A DNA stretch of 64,000 nt from Candidatus Omnitrophota bacterium (GTDB lineage Bacteria > Omnitrophota > Gorgyraeia > Gygaellales > Profunditerraquicolaceae). Made by a program: the position numbers and the translations under genes. Location of the stretch: positions 1,692 to 65,691 of the forward strand of contig JAPLLS010000035.1 of NCBI GenBank assembly GCA_026387435.1, given 5' to 3'. Below the pieces are notes generated by a model. The model made no database searches. It was not told where the DNA came from and saw nothing but the letters and a program-made list of their open reading frames with translations. Below, piece by piece: positions 45,357 to 55,382 of this stretch. Position 1 is the stretch's first letter. Each line of letters starts with the position of its first letter.

Positions 45357-46711
45357 CAGCTCTCCTTTTTTATCCATTTCGCTAAACGCTTTTTGGTACG
45401 AATTTTCCCCAGGCAGCATATCAGCTCAAAAAGACCCGGCCCTACGGTTTTTCCGGTCAACGCCACCCGAATCGGATGGATCAGCGCTTTGGCTTCGATG
45501 GCTAACTCAGCGACCAGCTGGCGAAAAGTTTCTTCAATCTCCGGGACTTCGAACTTTTCCAGTTTTTCCAGCCGTTCGGAAAACAGTAAAAATTCTCTAG
45601 ACAGATCCCGGCTCAAAAATTTCTCCACAGCCTTGGGGTCTACCGGAAAATCATCGAGAAAGAAAAAATCAGCCCGCTCAAAAAAGTCGCTTAATACCGT
45701 CAACCGTGCTTGTAACAATTTTACCAAAGAAAGCAGATAATTCCTATCAAAATTATCTTTAGCGATCCAATTCCTGGCGGCCAGTTCCGGAACAAGCGCA
45801 TCCACGAGTTTCTGAGGGTCTTCGTTCTTGAGATACTGATTATTCAACCAACTGAGCTTATCCATGTCCAGGATTGCCGCGGTCTTATTGATGTGATGGA
45901 TATCGAAAAGCTTGACCGCCTCATTAATATCCAGGATCTCCCGGTTCTCTCCGGGCGACCAGCCCAAAAGCATCAGAAAATTAACCAGGGATTTAGCCAG
46001 ATACCCCATATCCCGGTATTCGGAAATAGCGGTAGCGCCTTTTCTCTTGGAAAGCCGGCCGCCCTCTTTAGCCAGGATCAGAGGTAAGTGCGCGAATTTC
46101 GGAATTGCCAGACCCAAAGCCCGGTATAAGAGTATTTGTTTCGGGGTATTGGAAATATGGTCGTCGCCCCGGATGATATGGGTCAGGTTCATCAGCGAAT
46201 CGTCGACAACGCAGGCGAAATTATAGGTCGGAGAGCCGTCGGATTTTATGAGCACCTGGTCCTTGATCACCGAGGTATCGAACTCGATTCCGCCGCGGAT
46301 CATATCTTCGATCTGGACTTTGCCCGGCAAAACTTTGAGGATGATCGCCTGGCCTTCGCCCTTAGGATGAGCTTCTCCGGGGGCCGAAACCTGTTCTTCG
46401 CCTGTTTCCGCAGTTAGTTTATCCGCCTTATAAGCCTTACCTTGCGAAAGCAGCTTCTCGGCGTATTCCTTATATATATTGAAGCGCTCGCTCTGATAAT
46501 AGATCTCATCCCAGTCCAACCCCAGCCACTTCAGGCTGAAAAGGATCTCCTCCAGGTATTCCTTCTTGGAGCGTAAAGTATCCGTATCCTCGATCCTCAA
46601 AATAAATTTTCCGCCCTGCGATTTAGCGTAAAGCCAGTTGAACAAGGCTGTACGGGCCCCCCCGATATGCAGATTACCCGTAGGGCTGGGAGCGAAACGG
46701 ACTCTGACCAT
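45356..46711 (-). CDS. gltX: Glutamate--tRNA ligase
   Basis: RFAPSPTGNLHIGGARTA, RLSKR. Confidence 0.97.
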   Translation of the reverse strand: MVRVRFAPSPTGNLHIGGARTALFNWLYAKSQGGKFILRIEDTDTLRSKKEYLEEILFSLKWLGLDWDEIYYQSERFNIYKEYAEKLLSQGKAYKADKLTAETGEEQVSAPGEAHPKGEGQAIILKVLPGKVQIEDMIRGGIEFDTSVIKDQVLIKSDGSPTYNFACVVDDSLMNLTHIIRGDDHISNTPKQILLYRALGLAIPKFAHLPLILAKEGGRLSKRKGATAISEYRDMGYLAKSLVNFLMLLGWSPGENREILDINEAVKLFDIHHINKTAAILDMDKLSWLNNQYLKNEDPQKLVDALVPELAARNWIAKDNFDRNYLLSLVKLLQARLTVLSDFFERADFFFLDDFPVDPKAVEKFLSRDLSREFLLFSERLEKLEKFEVPEIEETFRQLVAELAIEAKALIHPIRVALTGKTVGPGLFELICCLGKIRTKKRLAKWIKKES

Positions 46712-47269
46712 TTAAAGCACCTCAATCTTCCCGGGCTGTTTTACCAGCCCCATACCTTCTTTTAAAGCCGCGATGTTTTGCCGGAGCAATTCTGGTTTAT
46801 CTTTAGGGACCGTAGCCTCGATCACTTCTAAAACCGTCTTATCTCTGACCAGGCCGGTTTTGGCCACAAAAGCGCCCAGGGCGACCATGTTCGCGACCTT
46901 GATGCTGCCCAGCTTGAACGCGGTGTCGGTAAAAGGGATCTTCTCAATTGCCGCTTTAGCCTGCGAAGTATCGCCTGCCAGAGAACCGTTGACCAGGATT
47001 ATCCCTTTAGCCTTGACCTGGTTCTTAAACCGCACAAAGGAAGGCTCATTGAAAATTATTAAAGTGTCCGCCTCGGTAATAAGCGGAGACCCTATTTCCT
47101 CGTCGGAAACTATAACCATGCAATTAGCGGTCCCTCCCCTGACTTCCGCGCCGTATGCCGGCAGCCAGGTCACGAATTTCTTCTCAAGCATGGCCGCTTC
47201 GGCAATGATCTTGCCCAGAAGCATAACCCCTTGCCCGCCGTAGCCGGCTATTATGATCTTATTTGTCAT
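46712..47269 (-). CDS. 2-oxoacid:ferredoxin oxidoreductase gamma subunit
   Basis: GYGGQG, YGAEVRGG, ANMVALGA. Confidence 0.92.
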   Translation of the reverse strand: MTNKIIIAGYGGQGVMLLGKIIAEAAMLEKKFVTWLPAYGAEVRGGTANCMVIVSDEEIGSPLITEADTLIIFNEPSFVRFKNQVKAKGIILVNGSLAGDTSQAKAAIEKIPFTDTAFKLGSIKVANMVALGAFVAKTGLVRDKTVLEVIEATVPKDKPELLRQNIAALKEGMGLVKQPGKIEVL

Positions 47270-47994
47270 TTTATTCTTCCTAAGGGGAACTCTTTAGACA
47301 TCACATCCTTAATCCAGGCCATCGATTTTACCGGAGATAATCCCCAATAAGTAGGACAGGGAGATAAAACCTCCACCAGGGAAAAACCAGCCTTATTTAT
47401 CTGGTTCTCGAATGCCAGCTTGATCGCTTTTTTCGCTTTGATAATTTCGGTGGGCGATTGCAAAGATACCCGTTCTACATAACAAACCCCGGGCAATTGA
47501 GTTAACAGCTCGGAGATCTTCAAAGGATACCCTTGAATTTTCACGTCCCGGCCTAAGGGGGTAGTCGCGGTCTTCTGGCCGGCAAGGGTAGTAGGCGCCA
47601 TCTGCCCTCCGGTCATGCCGTAAACGGCGTTGTTGATAAATATTACCGTAAGATTCTCCCCGCGGTTGGCGGCATGGATAGTTTCATTGGTGCCGATCGC
47701 CGCCAGATCGCCGTCGCCCTGATAGGTAAAGACTATATTTTGCGGCCGTACTCTTTTGATGGCGGTAGCCACGGCCAAAGCTCTTCCGTGCGCGGCCTCC
47801 GTGCAGTCAAAATCCCAGTAATCATAGGCCAGCACCGCGCAGCCGACAGGAGCAATGGCGATTACGCTCTCCCGGATAGCCAGCTCGTCTATAACCTGGC
47901 AGACAAGCTTATGGGCGATGCCGTGGCCGCAGCCCGGGCAGTAATGCGTTGTTGTATTGCGCAGAGATCCAGGATGTGCGTAAATTTTATCCAT
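47266..47994 (-). CDS. 2-oxoacid:ferredoxin oxidoreductase beta (TPP-binding) subunit
   Basis: YCPGCGH, QGDGD, YGMTGGQ, SPCP. Confidence 0.93.
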   Translation of the reverse strand: MDKIYAHPGSLRNTTTHYCPGCGHGIAHKLVCQVIDELAIRESVIAIAPVGCAVLAYDYWDFDCTEAAHGRALAVATAIKRVRPQNIVFTYQGDGDLAAIGTNETIHAANRGENLTVIFINNAVYGMTGGQMAPTTLAGQKTATTPLGRDVKIQGYPLKISELLTQLPGVCYVERVSLQSPTEIIKAKKAIKLAFENQINKAGFSLVEVLSPCPTYWGLSPVKSMAWIKDVMSKEFPLGRIK

Positions 47995-47997
47995 ATT

Positions 47998-49053
47998 TTA
48001 TTTCTCTAGTTTTTTTATCGCGGCGATTATCTCGCCCTCCGCAGGTATTGCCCCGCCGGCCCGGCCAAAGAATTCCACCGGCCTCGAGCAATTTACGGCG
48101 AGCTTCACATCTTCCACCATTTGCCCGTAGGACATCTCCACGACCAGATATTTTACTTTTTTCCTTGTCTGTTTCGCAAAAGCTTTCACTGGAAAAGGCC
48201 AGAGGCTAATCGGACGGATCAACCCGACTTTTTTGTTTTTTTGCCGGAACTGCCGGATAACACTCTTAATGATCCTGGCCATCCCGCCGTAGGCCACGAC
48301 AATAATTTCAGCGTCGTCTGTAAATTGCTCTTCCCAGCGCTGCTCTTTTTCCTGGGCGGCTTTATATTTTTTTTGTAATTTCAGATTCAATTCTTCAAGC
48401 GCCCCGTCTTTAAGCAACAATGACCGGATTATATTCGCCGGCCTTCCCTGGCAACCAATCAAAGCCCAGGGCTTGGGGTAATGGATGACTTTGCCGGGCT
48501 TAAGCGAAAGCGGCTCCATCATCTGCCCGAGCATGCCGTCTCCTAAGATCATCACCGGGTTGCGGTATTTATCCGCCAGATCAAAAGCGTCGAACATTAA
48601 ACCATACGCTTCTTCTACCGACGAAGGACTTAAAACGATGGAATGATAATCCCCGTGGCCCCCGCCTTTGGTAGCTTGAAAATAATCTGATTGCGAAGGG
48701 GCGATATTGCCCAGCCCCGGGCCGCCGCGCATAATATTCACGATTACCGCCGGCAATTCCGCCCCGGCCAGATATGATATTCCTTCCTGCTTTAAGCTTA
48801 TACCCGGGCTGGAAGAAGAAGTCATTGCCCGCACTCCCGCAGCGCTGGCACCGAAAACCATGTTTATCGCCGCTAACTCCGATTCCGCCTGGATGAAAAC
48901 CCGGTTGTTTTCCGGCATGTTTTTAGCCATGTACGCGGTCAGCTCGTTCTGGGGAGTTATGGGATACCCGGCATAAAAACCGCAGCCGGCCCGGATCGCC
49001 GCTTCGGCGATCGCTTCGTTTCCCGTCATTAAGATTCTGCTTTTATCAGCCAT
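47998..49053 (-). CDS. 2-oxoacid:ferredoxin oxidoreductase alpha subunit (VorB-like)
   Basis: GYPITPQ, QAESE, SSSPGISLKQE. Confidence 0.93.
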   Translation of the reverse strand: MADKSRILMTGNEAIAEAAIRAGCGFYAGYPITPQNELTAYMAKNMPENNRVFIQAESELAAINMVFGASAAGVRAMTSSSSPGISLKQEGISYLAGAELPAVIVNIMRGGPGLGNIAPSQSDYFQATKGGGHGDYHSIVLSPSSVEEAYGLMFDAFDLADKYRNPVMILGDGMLGQMMEPLSLKPGKVIHYPKPWALIGCQGRPANIIRSLLLKDGALEELNLKLQKKYKAAQEKEQRWEEQFTDDAEIIVVAYGGMARIIKSVIRQFRQKNKKVGLIRPISLWPFPVKAFAKQTRKKVKYLVVEMSYGQMVEDVKLAVNCSRPVEFFGRAGGAIPAEGEIIAAIKKLEK

Positions 49054-49057
49054 ATTT

Positions 49058-49261
49058 TTATTTATAAACCTCGATGCAGCAATCCGGACAAATAATCGCG
49101 CAAAAACTGCATCCTAAACAATCACCTTTGTCTTCAAAGGTAACGGGATTAACGCCTTTTTTATTCAATGTTTTCTCGGCCTTGATCCTGGCCTTGGGGC
49201 AAACCCCGACACAAAGAAAACACCCTTTACATTTTTCTTTATCTATGGTTATCTTAGCCAT
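49058..49261 (-). CDS. 2x[4Fe-4S] ferredoxin delta subunit (start MAKITID)
   Basis: CKGCFLCVGVCP, CLGCSFCAIICP. Confidence 0.92.
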   Translation of the reverse strand: MAKITIDKEKCKGCFLCVGVCPKARIKAEKTLNKKGVNPVTFEDKGDCLGCSFCAIICPDCCIEVYK

Positions 49262-51116
49262 TTTTAAGCAACTCTTTCTTGGCCCGGTTGGCAATGCCCT
49301 GGGCATCCAGGCCGTAAAGCGAGAGCAATAATTCCCGCTTACCGTGGGGAATAAACTGGTCGGGCAATCCGATCTTGGCTACCTCGACATCCAGGATCTC
49401 AGCCAAGGCGCTGCCAAAGCCTCCGCTGGCAATGCCGTCTTCCACGGTAAGGACCAGCTGGCAATTTTTAGTTGCCGCCTTAAACGCCCGATCATCCAGG
49501 GGCTTGACAAAACGCGCGTTAATTATTGTTGGAAAAATATTTTCTTTGGCCAGAATATCCGCCGCATCTATTGCGGCCTGGACCTGAGATCCCAAGGCAA
49601 ATATTGCCAGACCTCTGCCCTCTCTTAAAACTTCGGGCTTGCCCATTTCGAGCTTAGTTTTCGATATCTGCGAAACCGGCACTTGAGAACGAGGATATCT
49701 TATGGCCACCGGCTTATCCAGACTCAAAGCCAATTCCAGCATCCGTTTCAGATCTTCTTCGTCGGCCGGAGCCATGATCGTTAAATTCGGCAGGCCGCGC
49801 AAAAAATTAATATCGAACCCGCCCTGATGGGTCTTTCCGTCTTCTCCGACGATTCCGGCCCGGTCCACGCACAAAACCACCGGCAAATTCTGCAAACAAA
49901 CCTCTTCGATGACCTGGTCATACGCCCTCTGCAGGAAAGTCGAATAGAGCGCCACCACCGGCTTAAACCCTCCGGCAGCCAAACCGGCCGCGAAACAAAC
50001 CGCATGCGCCTCGGCGATCCCGACATCAAAAAACCTGGCCGGATATAAATCCCGGAATTTATCCAAACCCGTGCCTTCGGGCATGGCTGCGGTGATTGAG
50101 ACTATTTTTTTATCTTTGGCCGCCAGCTCGACCAGCTTTTCGCTGAAAACCCGGGTATAAGATTTTCTTGCCGGCTGATCCGGACAAACCGGGCTGCCGT
50201 CTTTGATATTAAAAGATCCCACGCCATGGAACCTGACCGGATCGATTTCCGCCGGCGGATAACCTTTGCCTTTTTTAGTAATAATATGAAGGAACCGCGG
50301 CCCCTTGAAGCTGAGAATATTTTTTAGGGTCGGGATCAAAACGTTCAGATTGTGTCCGTCCAACGGCCCGAAATAACGAAAACCCAGCTCTTCAAAAAGC
50401 ATGCCCGGAATAAAAAGCCCTTTAAGCCCTTCTTCAAATCTATTGGCCAGTTTGATGATCCGGCCCCCTTTAGGTACCCGGGAATTGATAAAACTTTCCA
50501 GATTGCCGCGGAAACGGTTATAGATCGGCAAAGAAATTATCTTATTAAGATAAACGCTTATCGCTCCCACGTTGGGAGCGATACTCAATTCATTGGTGTT
50601 GAGGATGACCAAAATATCTTTTTTCAGATGGCCGACATTATTAAGTCCTTCGAAACACAAGCCCCCGCTTAACGACCCGTCGCCGATCACTGCCACGACC
50701 CGGAAATAATCCTGGACGGGTAACATATCCCTGGCGCAAGCCAGCCCCAAGGCCTGGGATACCGCGTTGGAACTATGGCCGGAAGTAAAAACGTCGAATT
50801 CCGATTCCTCGCGGCAGGGAAAACCGCTTAATCCCTGATACTGCCTTAAGGTATTAAACCTATTGTTGCGGCCGGTAAGGATCTTATGGGCGTAAGCTTG
50901 GTGGCCGACGTCAAAAATGATCTTATCCCTGGGCGTGTTTAAACAAAAATGCAAAGCGATGATCAACTCCACCGCGCCGAGGCTGGAAGCAAGATGTCCT
51001 CCGTTATGAGAAACCACCTCGACCATGCGCTGCCTGACTTCTTCAGCCAGCAAAGCCAGCGACTCGGGGCTCAGTTTTTTAATATCCTCAATGGAATTTA
51101 TTTTCTCCAGGATCAT
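49254..51116 (-). CDS. dxs: 1-deoxy-D-xylulose-5-phosphate synthase
   Basis: GGHLASSLG, DVGHQAY, GDGS, DRAGIVGEDGKTH, IRYPR. Confidence 0.97.
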   Translation of the reverse strand: MILEKINSIEDIKKLSPESLALLAEEVRQRMVEVVSHNGGHLASSLGAVELIIALHFCLNTPRDKIIFDVGHQAYAHKILTGRNNRFNTLRQYQGLSGFPCREESEFDVFTSGHSSNAVSQALGLACARDMLPVQDYFRVVAVIGDGSLSGGLCFEGLNNVGHLKKDILVILNTNELSIAPNVGAISVYLNKIISLPIYNRFRGNLESFINSRVPKGGRIIKLANRFEEGLKGLFIPGMLFEELGFRYFGPLDGHNLNVLIPTLKNILSFKGPRFLHIITKKGKGYPPAEIDPVRFHGVGSFNIKDGSPVCPDQPARKSYTRVFSEKLVELAAKDKKIVSITAAMPEGTGLDKFRDLYPARFFDVGIAEAHAVCFAAGLAAGGFKPVVALYSTFLQRAYDQVIEEVCLQNLPVVLCVDRAGIVGEDGKTHQGGFDINFLRGLPNLTIMAPADEEDLKRMLELALSLDKPVAIRYPRSQVPVSQISKTKLEMGKPEVLREGRGLAIFALGSQVQAAIDAADILAKENIFPTIINARFVKPLDDRAFKAATKNCQLVLTVEDGIASGGFGSALAEILDVEVAKIGLPDQFIPHGKRELLLSLYGLDAQGIANRAKKELLKNG

Positions 51117-51119
51117 ATT

Positions 51120-51356
51120 TTATTCTTCCGTCTTGACAGAATCTAAAGGCTTGAATTCGAACTCGCCTTTTTTATTCTTGACCAAAACATCGATTTTCTT
51201 TTTGGCGCTGTCGAGCTTTGACGAACAGGTTCGGGAAAGCTCAATGCCCTCCTGATATTTTTTCAGCGCTTCATCCAGGGATAAATCGCCGTTTTCCAAG
51301 TCCTCCACGATCTTCTCCAGTTTCTTCAATGCTTCCTCGAACTTTATCTCTGCCAT
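51120..51356 (-). CDS. xseB: Exodeoxyribonuclease VII small subunit
   Basis: FEEALKKLEKIVEDLE, LSLDEAL. Confidence 0.95.
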   Translation of the reverse strand: MAEIKFEEALKKLEKIVEDLENGDLSLDEALKKYQEGIELSRTCSSKLDSAKKKIDVLVKNKKGEFEFKPLDSVKTEE

Positions 51357-51357
51357 C

Positions 51358-52701
51358 TCAACTGACCTCCGTCACTTTGCTGGTTATTTCTCCCTGATAA
51401 ACCTTAGTCCTGATTTCTTGCCCAGTCGATACGCTCTTAGAGTCTTTAATGATCTTCCCGTCGGAAAGCCTGAAAGTAACGCTGTAGCCGCGGGAAAGGA
51501 TATTCAAAGGATTCAGGCTGGAAAGATTCTCGATTATCCCCTTAAACACGCTGTCTTTCAAATTTACTAAATGCTGCGCGCGCACATAGATCTGGCGGGC
51601 CAGATCCGCAAGCTTGGCCTGATAAAGCTCCAGCTTAACCACCGGGTTAAGTAAAGACAGCTTCTTTACATTGGCATCCAGCCGGTTGGTGTTTATTTCC
51701 CAGGCATGCTCCGCAGCAATTTTCAAACGATGAGCCAGATCCAGGACTTGGTTCCGCGAAGCTGTTATTGCGTCGCTAAAATCCTGTTTCAGGCTGGCAA
51801 TCAACTCTTCGAGTTTCCGGCGCAGGTCTTCCTGGCGAGGGATAACCAACTCCGCGGCTACCGAAGGGGTCGCGGCGCGCAGATCCGCCACCAGATCGGC
51901 GATGGTTACGTCGCGCTCATGGCCGACAGCCGAGATTACCGGTATGGTTGAATTGTAGATCGAGCGGGCCACGATTTCTTCGTTAAAAGCCCAGAGATCC
52001 TCGATACTGCCGCCGCCCCGGCCGACGATCAAAACCTCCACTTTTTCCCCTTCAGGAAGCTGATCATTAAGCCGGTTAAAATCTTCGACGGCCTGGGCTA
52101 TTTCTTCTTTGGCGCCCTCTCCCTGGACTTTGACCGGATTGATAATAATATGCACGTCTTTAAACCGGCGGTCTAGGACCTTAAGAATGTCTTTGATGGC
52201 CGCGCCGGTCAGAGAAGTCACCACCCCGATTTTCGCCGGCAAATAAGGAATAGGCTTTTTGTGCTCAAGGGCGAAAAATCCCTCTTTCTCAAGCTTGGCT
52301 TTAAGTTGCTCCAAGGCCAGTTGAAGCCCGCCGATGCCCTTGGGCTCGACCTTTTCGATGATCAAGCTGTATTTACCGTGCGGCGGATAAACGCTGATCC
52401 GGCCTAAACAAATAACCTTAAGGCCGTTTTCCAGCTTGAACTTTACATCTTTTGTCGACCGGCTGAATATGGCTGCGGAAAGAACTGCCTCCTGATCGTT
52501 TTCCCGGTCTTTCAAAGAAAAATACCAGTGGCCTGCGCTCGAGGCGGTAAAATTAGAAACCTCGCCTTCCACCCAGACAGAGCCAAAAGCGCCTTCCAGC
52601 AAAACCTTGATTTCCCGGGTGACTTCGCTTACCGTAAAAACATGGCGGCTGTTTTTGAACTCGGCGCTTGAGCTGAATAAATCCGTAATTTCTTCGGTCA
52701 T
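51358..52701 (-). CDS. xseA: Exodeoxyribonuclease VII large subunit
   Basis: VWVEGEVSN, GRGGGSIEDLWAFN, SAVGHE, ATPS. Confidence 0.96.
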   Translation of the reverse strand: MTEEITDLFSSSAEFKNSRHVFTVSEVTREIKVLLEGAFGSVWVEGEVSNFTASSAGHWYFSLKDRENDQEAVLSAAIFSRSTKDVKFKLENGLKVICLGRISVYPPHGKYSLIIEKVEPKGIGGLQLALEQLKAKLEKEGFFALEHKKPIPYLPAKIGVVTSLTGAAIKDILKVLDRRFKDVHIIINPVKVQGEGAKEEIAQAVEDFNRLNDQLPEGEKVEVLIVGRGGGSIEDLWAFNEEIVARSIYNSTIPVISAVGHERDVTIADLVADLRAATPSVAAELVIPRQEDLRRKLEELIASLKQDFSDAITASRNQVLDLAHRLKIAAEHAWEINTNRLDANVKKLSLLNPVVKLELYQAKLADLARQIYVRAQHLVNLKDSVFKGIIENLSSLNPLNILSRGYSVTFRLSDGKIIKDSKSVSTGQEIRTKVYQGEITSKVTEVS

Positions 52702-52713
52702 CTTTCCAATCCA

Positions 52714-54558
52714 CTATTTAGCGGAAGTCGCGGTTGCATTCTGCAAGGCTTGCGAAACGGTCGTGTTAGTTGTCTCAATTACAGCTTCTTTTTTCTCCGG
52801 CGCGGCTATCGGCATTGGAGAAACTTCCAGCTCTTCGGGCTTCGGCGTTGGGGCAACTTTCAACTCAACGGGTTTAGGCTTTAAGATTATCAAATGCACC
52901 GAATAAGGCTTCAGGGTCAGCTTCTCCCCGTAAGCCCCTTCGCTAAAAGTAATGCTTTTTTCCTCTACCGGGGCAAATTCACAGTTAAATCCGCAAGCGG
53001 AATCTATTGAGTACCGGGTATACAAATAATCGTTTTTTAGATTCTTGATCTCTAGTTTCAACTGCCGCGGTAGATCGATTAAGCGCTGCGAGGATTCAAA
53101 AACATCCAGAGATCTCTTCAGCAGGTTTTTGGTTTTTCCCGGGGTCCGGAGAGAATTGATATCTACCTCCTTGCGCTTGATTTTTTCCAGAACGTCCGAT
53201 TTAACTATATCCAAGAGCGCCTTTCTTTCCCCGTCCCCCAGAGTGGCGATGTTGCGGGAAAGAAAACTCCTGAGGATATCCGGGTCGATATAATTATAAA
53301 TCAGGATCGCGAAGTTATCTTCCGAGCGCGTGGCAACCATGCCCACGAACTCATCGTTTATCTTGGAAGGCGAAATGTACATGGCCGAGCCGAGCTTTGC
53401 GAGCATTCTGAAAACGTTATAGATAACCTTGCTGCCGCCGGCATACCCGGCCTCGGAGGGCTCGAACCAGAAAGCGCCGACATTCCTGGCTACCCCTTCC
53501 AAATTGTCCTGAAAATCTTCCAGCGAGAAAAATAACTGATAATTAATATCGGCTTCGTACATGCGGCGAAGCCGGGCGGGAATAAAGCTCGCCCCGACAT
53601 AAGCCTTTTCTTTTCTTTCGGCCAAAACGTTCTGCCCGCTATCGTAGTTCCATTCATCAACGATCAAAGGCATATCCTTGGGAAAACTAAAATAAGACAG
53701 CCAGTCCCGCAAAAGCGCAACGGAAGTCTTATTGTAAATGGTCATTTCTTTTTCCGTCCGGGGGTCGGTGGAATATGCATGCCAGGAGATAAAATCCAGC
53801 GGAAGCTTATAATGATAACAGAACTTGATCAGTTCATAGATCAAACTTTTTTCCGGTGTGATCACGGTGTTGCCTTCGCTGTTTCGAAACCACCAGCTTG
53901 AAGACGGACCGCCCAAAGGGATATGGATCCTGTATTCCGATTCCAATTCCCGGACAGCCTCTGCCACCGCCTTGTAAAGGCCGAGGTATTCCTGCTGCCG
54001 GCCCAAAAAGAAAATATCCAGATCCGGCGCGGTCCAAACCTCATACCAGATATTATATTTTTTTTCGCAGCTTAAATGGCGGATGTAATTTTTTACCAGC
54101 GCCTTGAAGGCTTTCGGGTCAACCGGAGAGCTCTTCTTGTCCAAAACCTTACCCTGGCCCTGAGGAGTACTGAAAATATCCAGAATCACAATTTGCCCGG
54201 CGTCGCTTATTTTTTTGATAATCGATTCGTAGTTGGCGAGCAATTTCCTCTGCAGCTGAAGGTTTTTCTTCAACTGGCCGATCTCCCAGAGGTTATACTG
54301 CAGCCGGTACATCCCTTTAAACCCGATGTCTGAATTCCAGCGCTCGATCACCTCGCGGCTAGCCAATTCCTGGGGCCAGGTCAACTCGCTATTAAAACCA
54401 CGGCCGCTTAAATCCATAGCCGGAGAAAAAATAGCCGGCAGCGCTATCGTGCTGGATGACGTATCCAGAGTAAACTCCAGATCAACATCTTCAGCCTTAG
54501 CGTACCCGAAAAATAAGAGTATTACTCCGAGGATTATAAAATATTTTTTTAGATCCAT
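52714..54558 (-). CDS. Secreted GH39-like (clan GH-A) protein with a degenerate acid/base motif
   Basis: Signal peptide; WYEVWTAPD, LGGP, PLDFISWHAY, IVDEWN. Confidence 0.6.
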   Translation of the reverse strand: MDLKKYFIILGVILLFFGYAKAEDVDLEFTLDTSSSTIALPAIFSPAMDLSGRGFNSELTWPQELASREVIERWNSDIGFKGMYRLQYNLWEIGQLKKNLQLQRKLLANYESIIKKISDAGQIVILDIFSTPQGQGKVLDKKSSPVDPKAFKALVKNYIRHLSCEKKYNIWYEVWTAPDLDIFFLGRQQEYLGLYKAVAEAVRELESEYRIHIPLGGPSSSWWFRNSEGNTVITPEKSLIYELIKFCYHYKLPLDFISWHAYSTDPRTEKEMTIYNKTSVALLRDWLSYFSFPKDMPLIVDEWNYDSGQNVLAERKEKAYVGASFIPARLRRMYEADINYQLFFSLEDFQDNLEGVARNVGAFWFEPSEAGYAGGSKVIYNVFRMLAKLGSAMYISPSKINDEFVGMVATRSEDNFAILIYNYIDPDILRSFLSRNIATLGDGERKALLDIVKSDVLEKIKRKEVDINSLRTPGKTKNLLKRSLDVFESSQRLIDLPRQLKLEIKNLKNDYLYTRYSIDSACGFNCEFAPVEEKSITFSEGAYGEKLTLKPYSVHLIILKPKPVELKVAPTPKPEELEVSPMPIAAPEKKEAVIETTNTTVSQALQNATATSAK

Positions 54559-55346
54559 GGCGTATTTGCGAGTTTTCTCTGGATCCTGGTGATCTTTTGG
54601 GCATGGCCGGTCCGTTCATCGATCTCCACCACCGCGCCGCAAAGCTGGATATTGCCTTCGGCGACCTCGAAGCGCACCGGCACGTGGGTAAGAAACCGCT
54701 CCATCACATCTTCCACCCTGCGGCCGATCACCGAATCATACGGCCCGGTCATCCCGGCGTCAGTCAGATACGCGGTTCCTTCCGGCAAAATCCGCTCATC
54801 CGCGGTCTGGATATGAGTATGCGTACCCAGGACCGCCGAAACCTTACCCTGCAGGTACCAGCCCAGAGCGACTTTCTCCGAAGTGGCCTCAGCGTGTATA
54901 TCGACAAGAATCACATTGGTTTCTTTAGTTATGGCCTCAACCGCGGCCATTGTAGTCCGGAAAGGGCATTCGAGAGCGTCCATAAAAACTCTGCCCAATA
55001 CACAGATCACTCCTACCTTCCGGCCTTTTTGCGTCGTGAAAACGCCGTATCCCGCCCCCGCAGCCGTAGAAGGAAAATTGTTCGGCCGCAATATCCGACG
55101 CTCTGTCTTAATCAGTTCGAATATTTCTTTTTTCTTCCAGATATGGTCGCCGGATGTCAGAACGTCCACCGAGCTGTCGAAGAGCTCCTGGGCGATCTTG
55201 GCGGTAATCCCAGAGCCGCCGGCGGCATTCTCGGCATTGACCACCACGAAATCCAGGTCGAATTCTTTCCTCAGCCCGGGCAGCAATGATTTGATCGCCT
55301 CCCGGCCGGGATTACCCACAACATCGCCGATAAATAGTATATTCAT
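54549..55346 (-). CDS. ymdB: YmdB-like metallophosphoesterase
   Basis: GDVVG, NAENAAGG, HAEATSEK, GTHTH; follows rny. Confidence 0.93.
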   Translation of the reverse strand: MNILFIGDVVGNPGREAIKSLLPGLRKEFDLDFVVVNAENAAGGSGITAKIAQELFDSSVDVLTSGDHIWKKKEIFELIKTERRILRPNNFPSTAAGAGYGVFTTQKGRKVGVICVLGRVFMDALECPFRTTMAAVEAITKETNVILVDIHAEATSEKVALGWYLQGKVSAVLGTHTHIQTADERILPEGTAYLTDAGMTGPYDSVIGRRVEDVMERFLTHVPVRFEVAEGNIQLCGAVVEIDERTGHAQKITRIQRKLANTPWI

Positions 55347-55382
55347 CCTATTCCTTGAAACCCACCCCAGGGGTGGGGCTGG

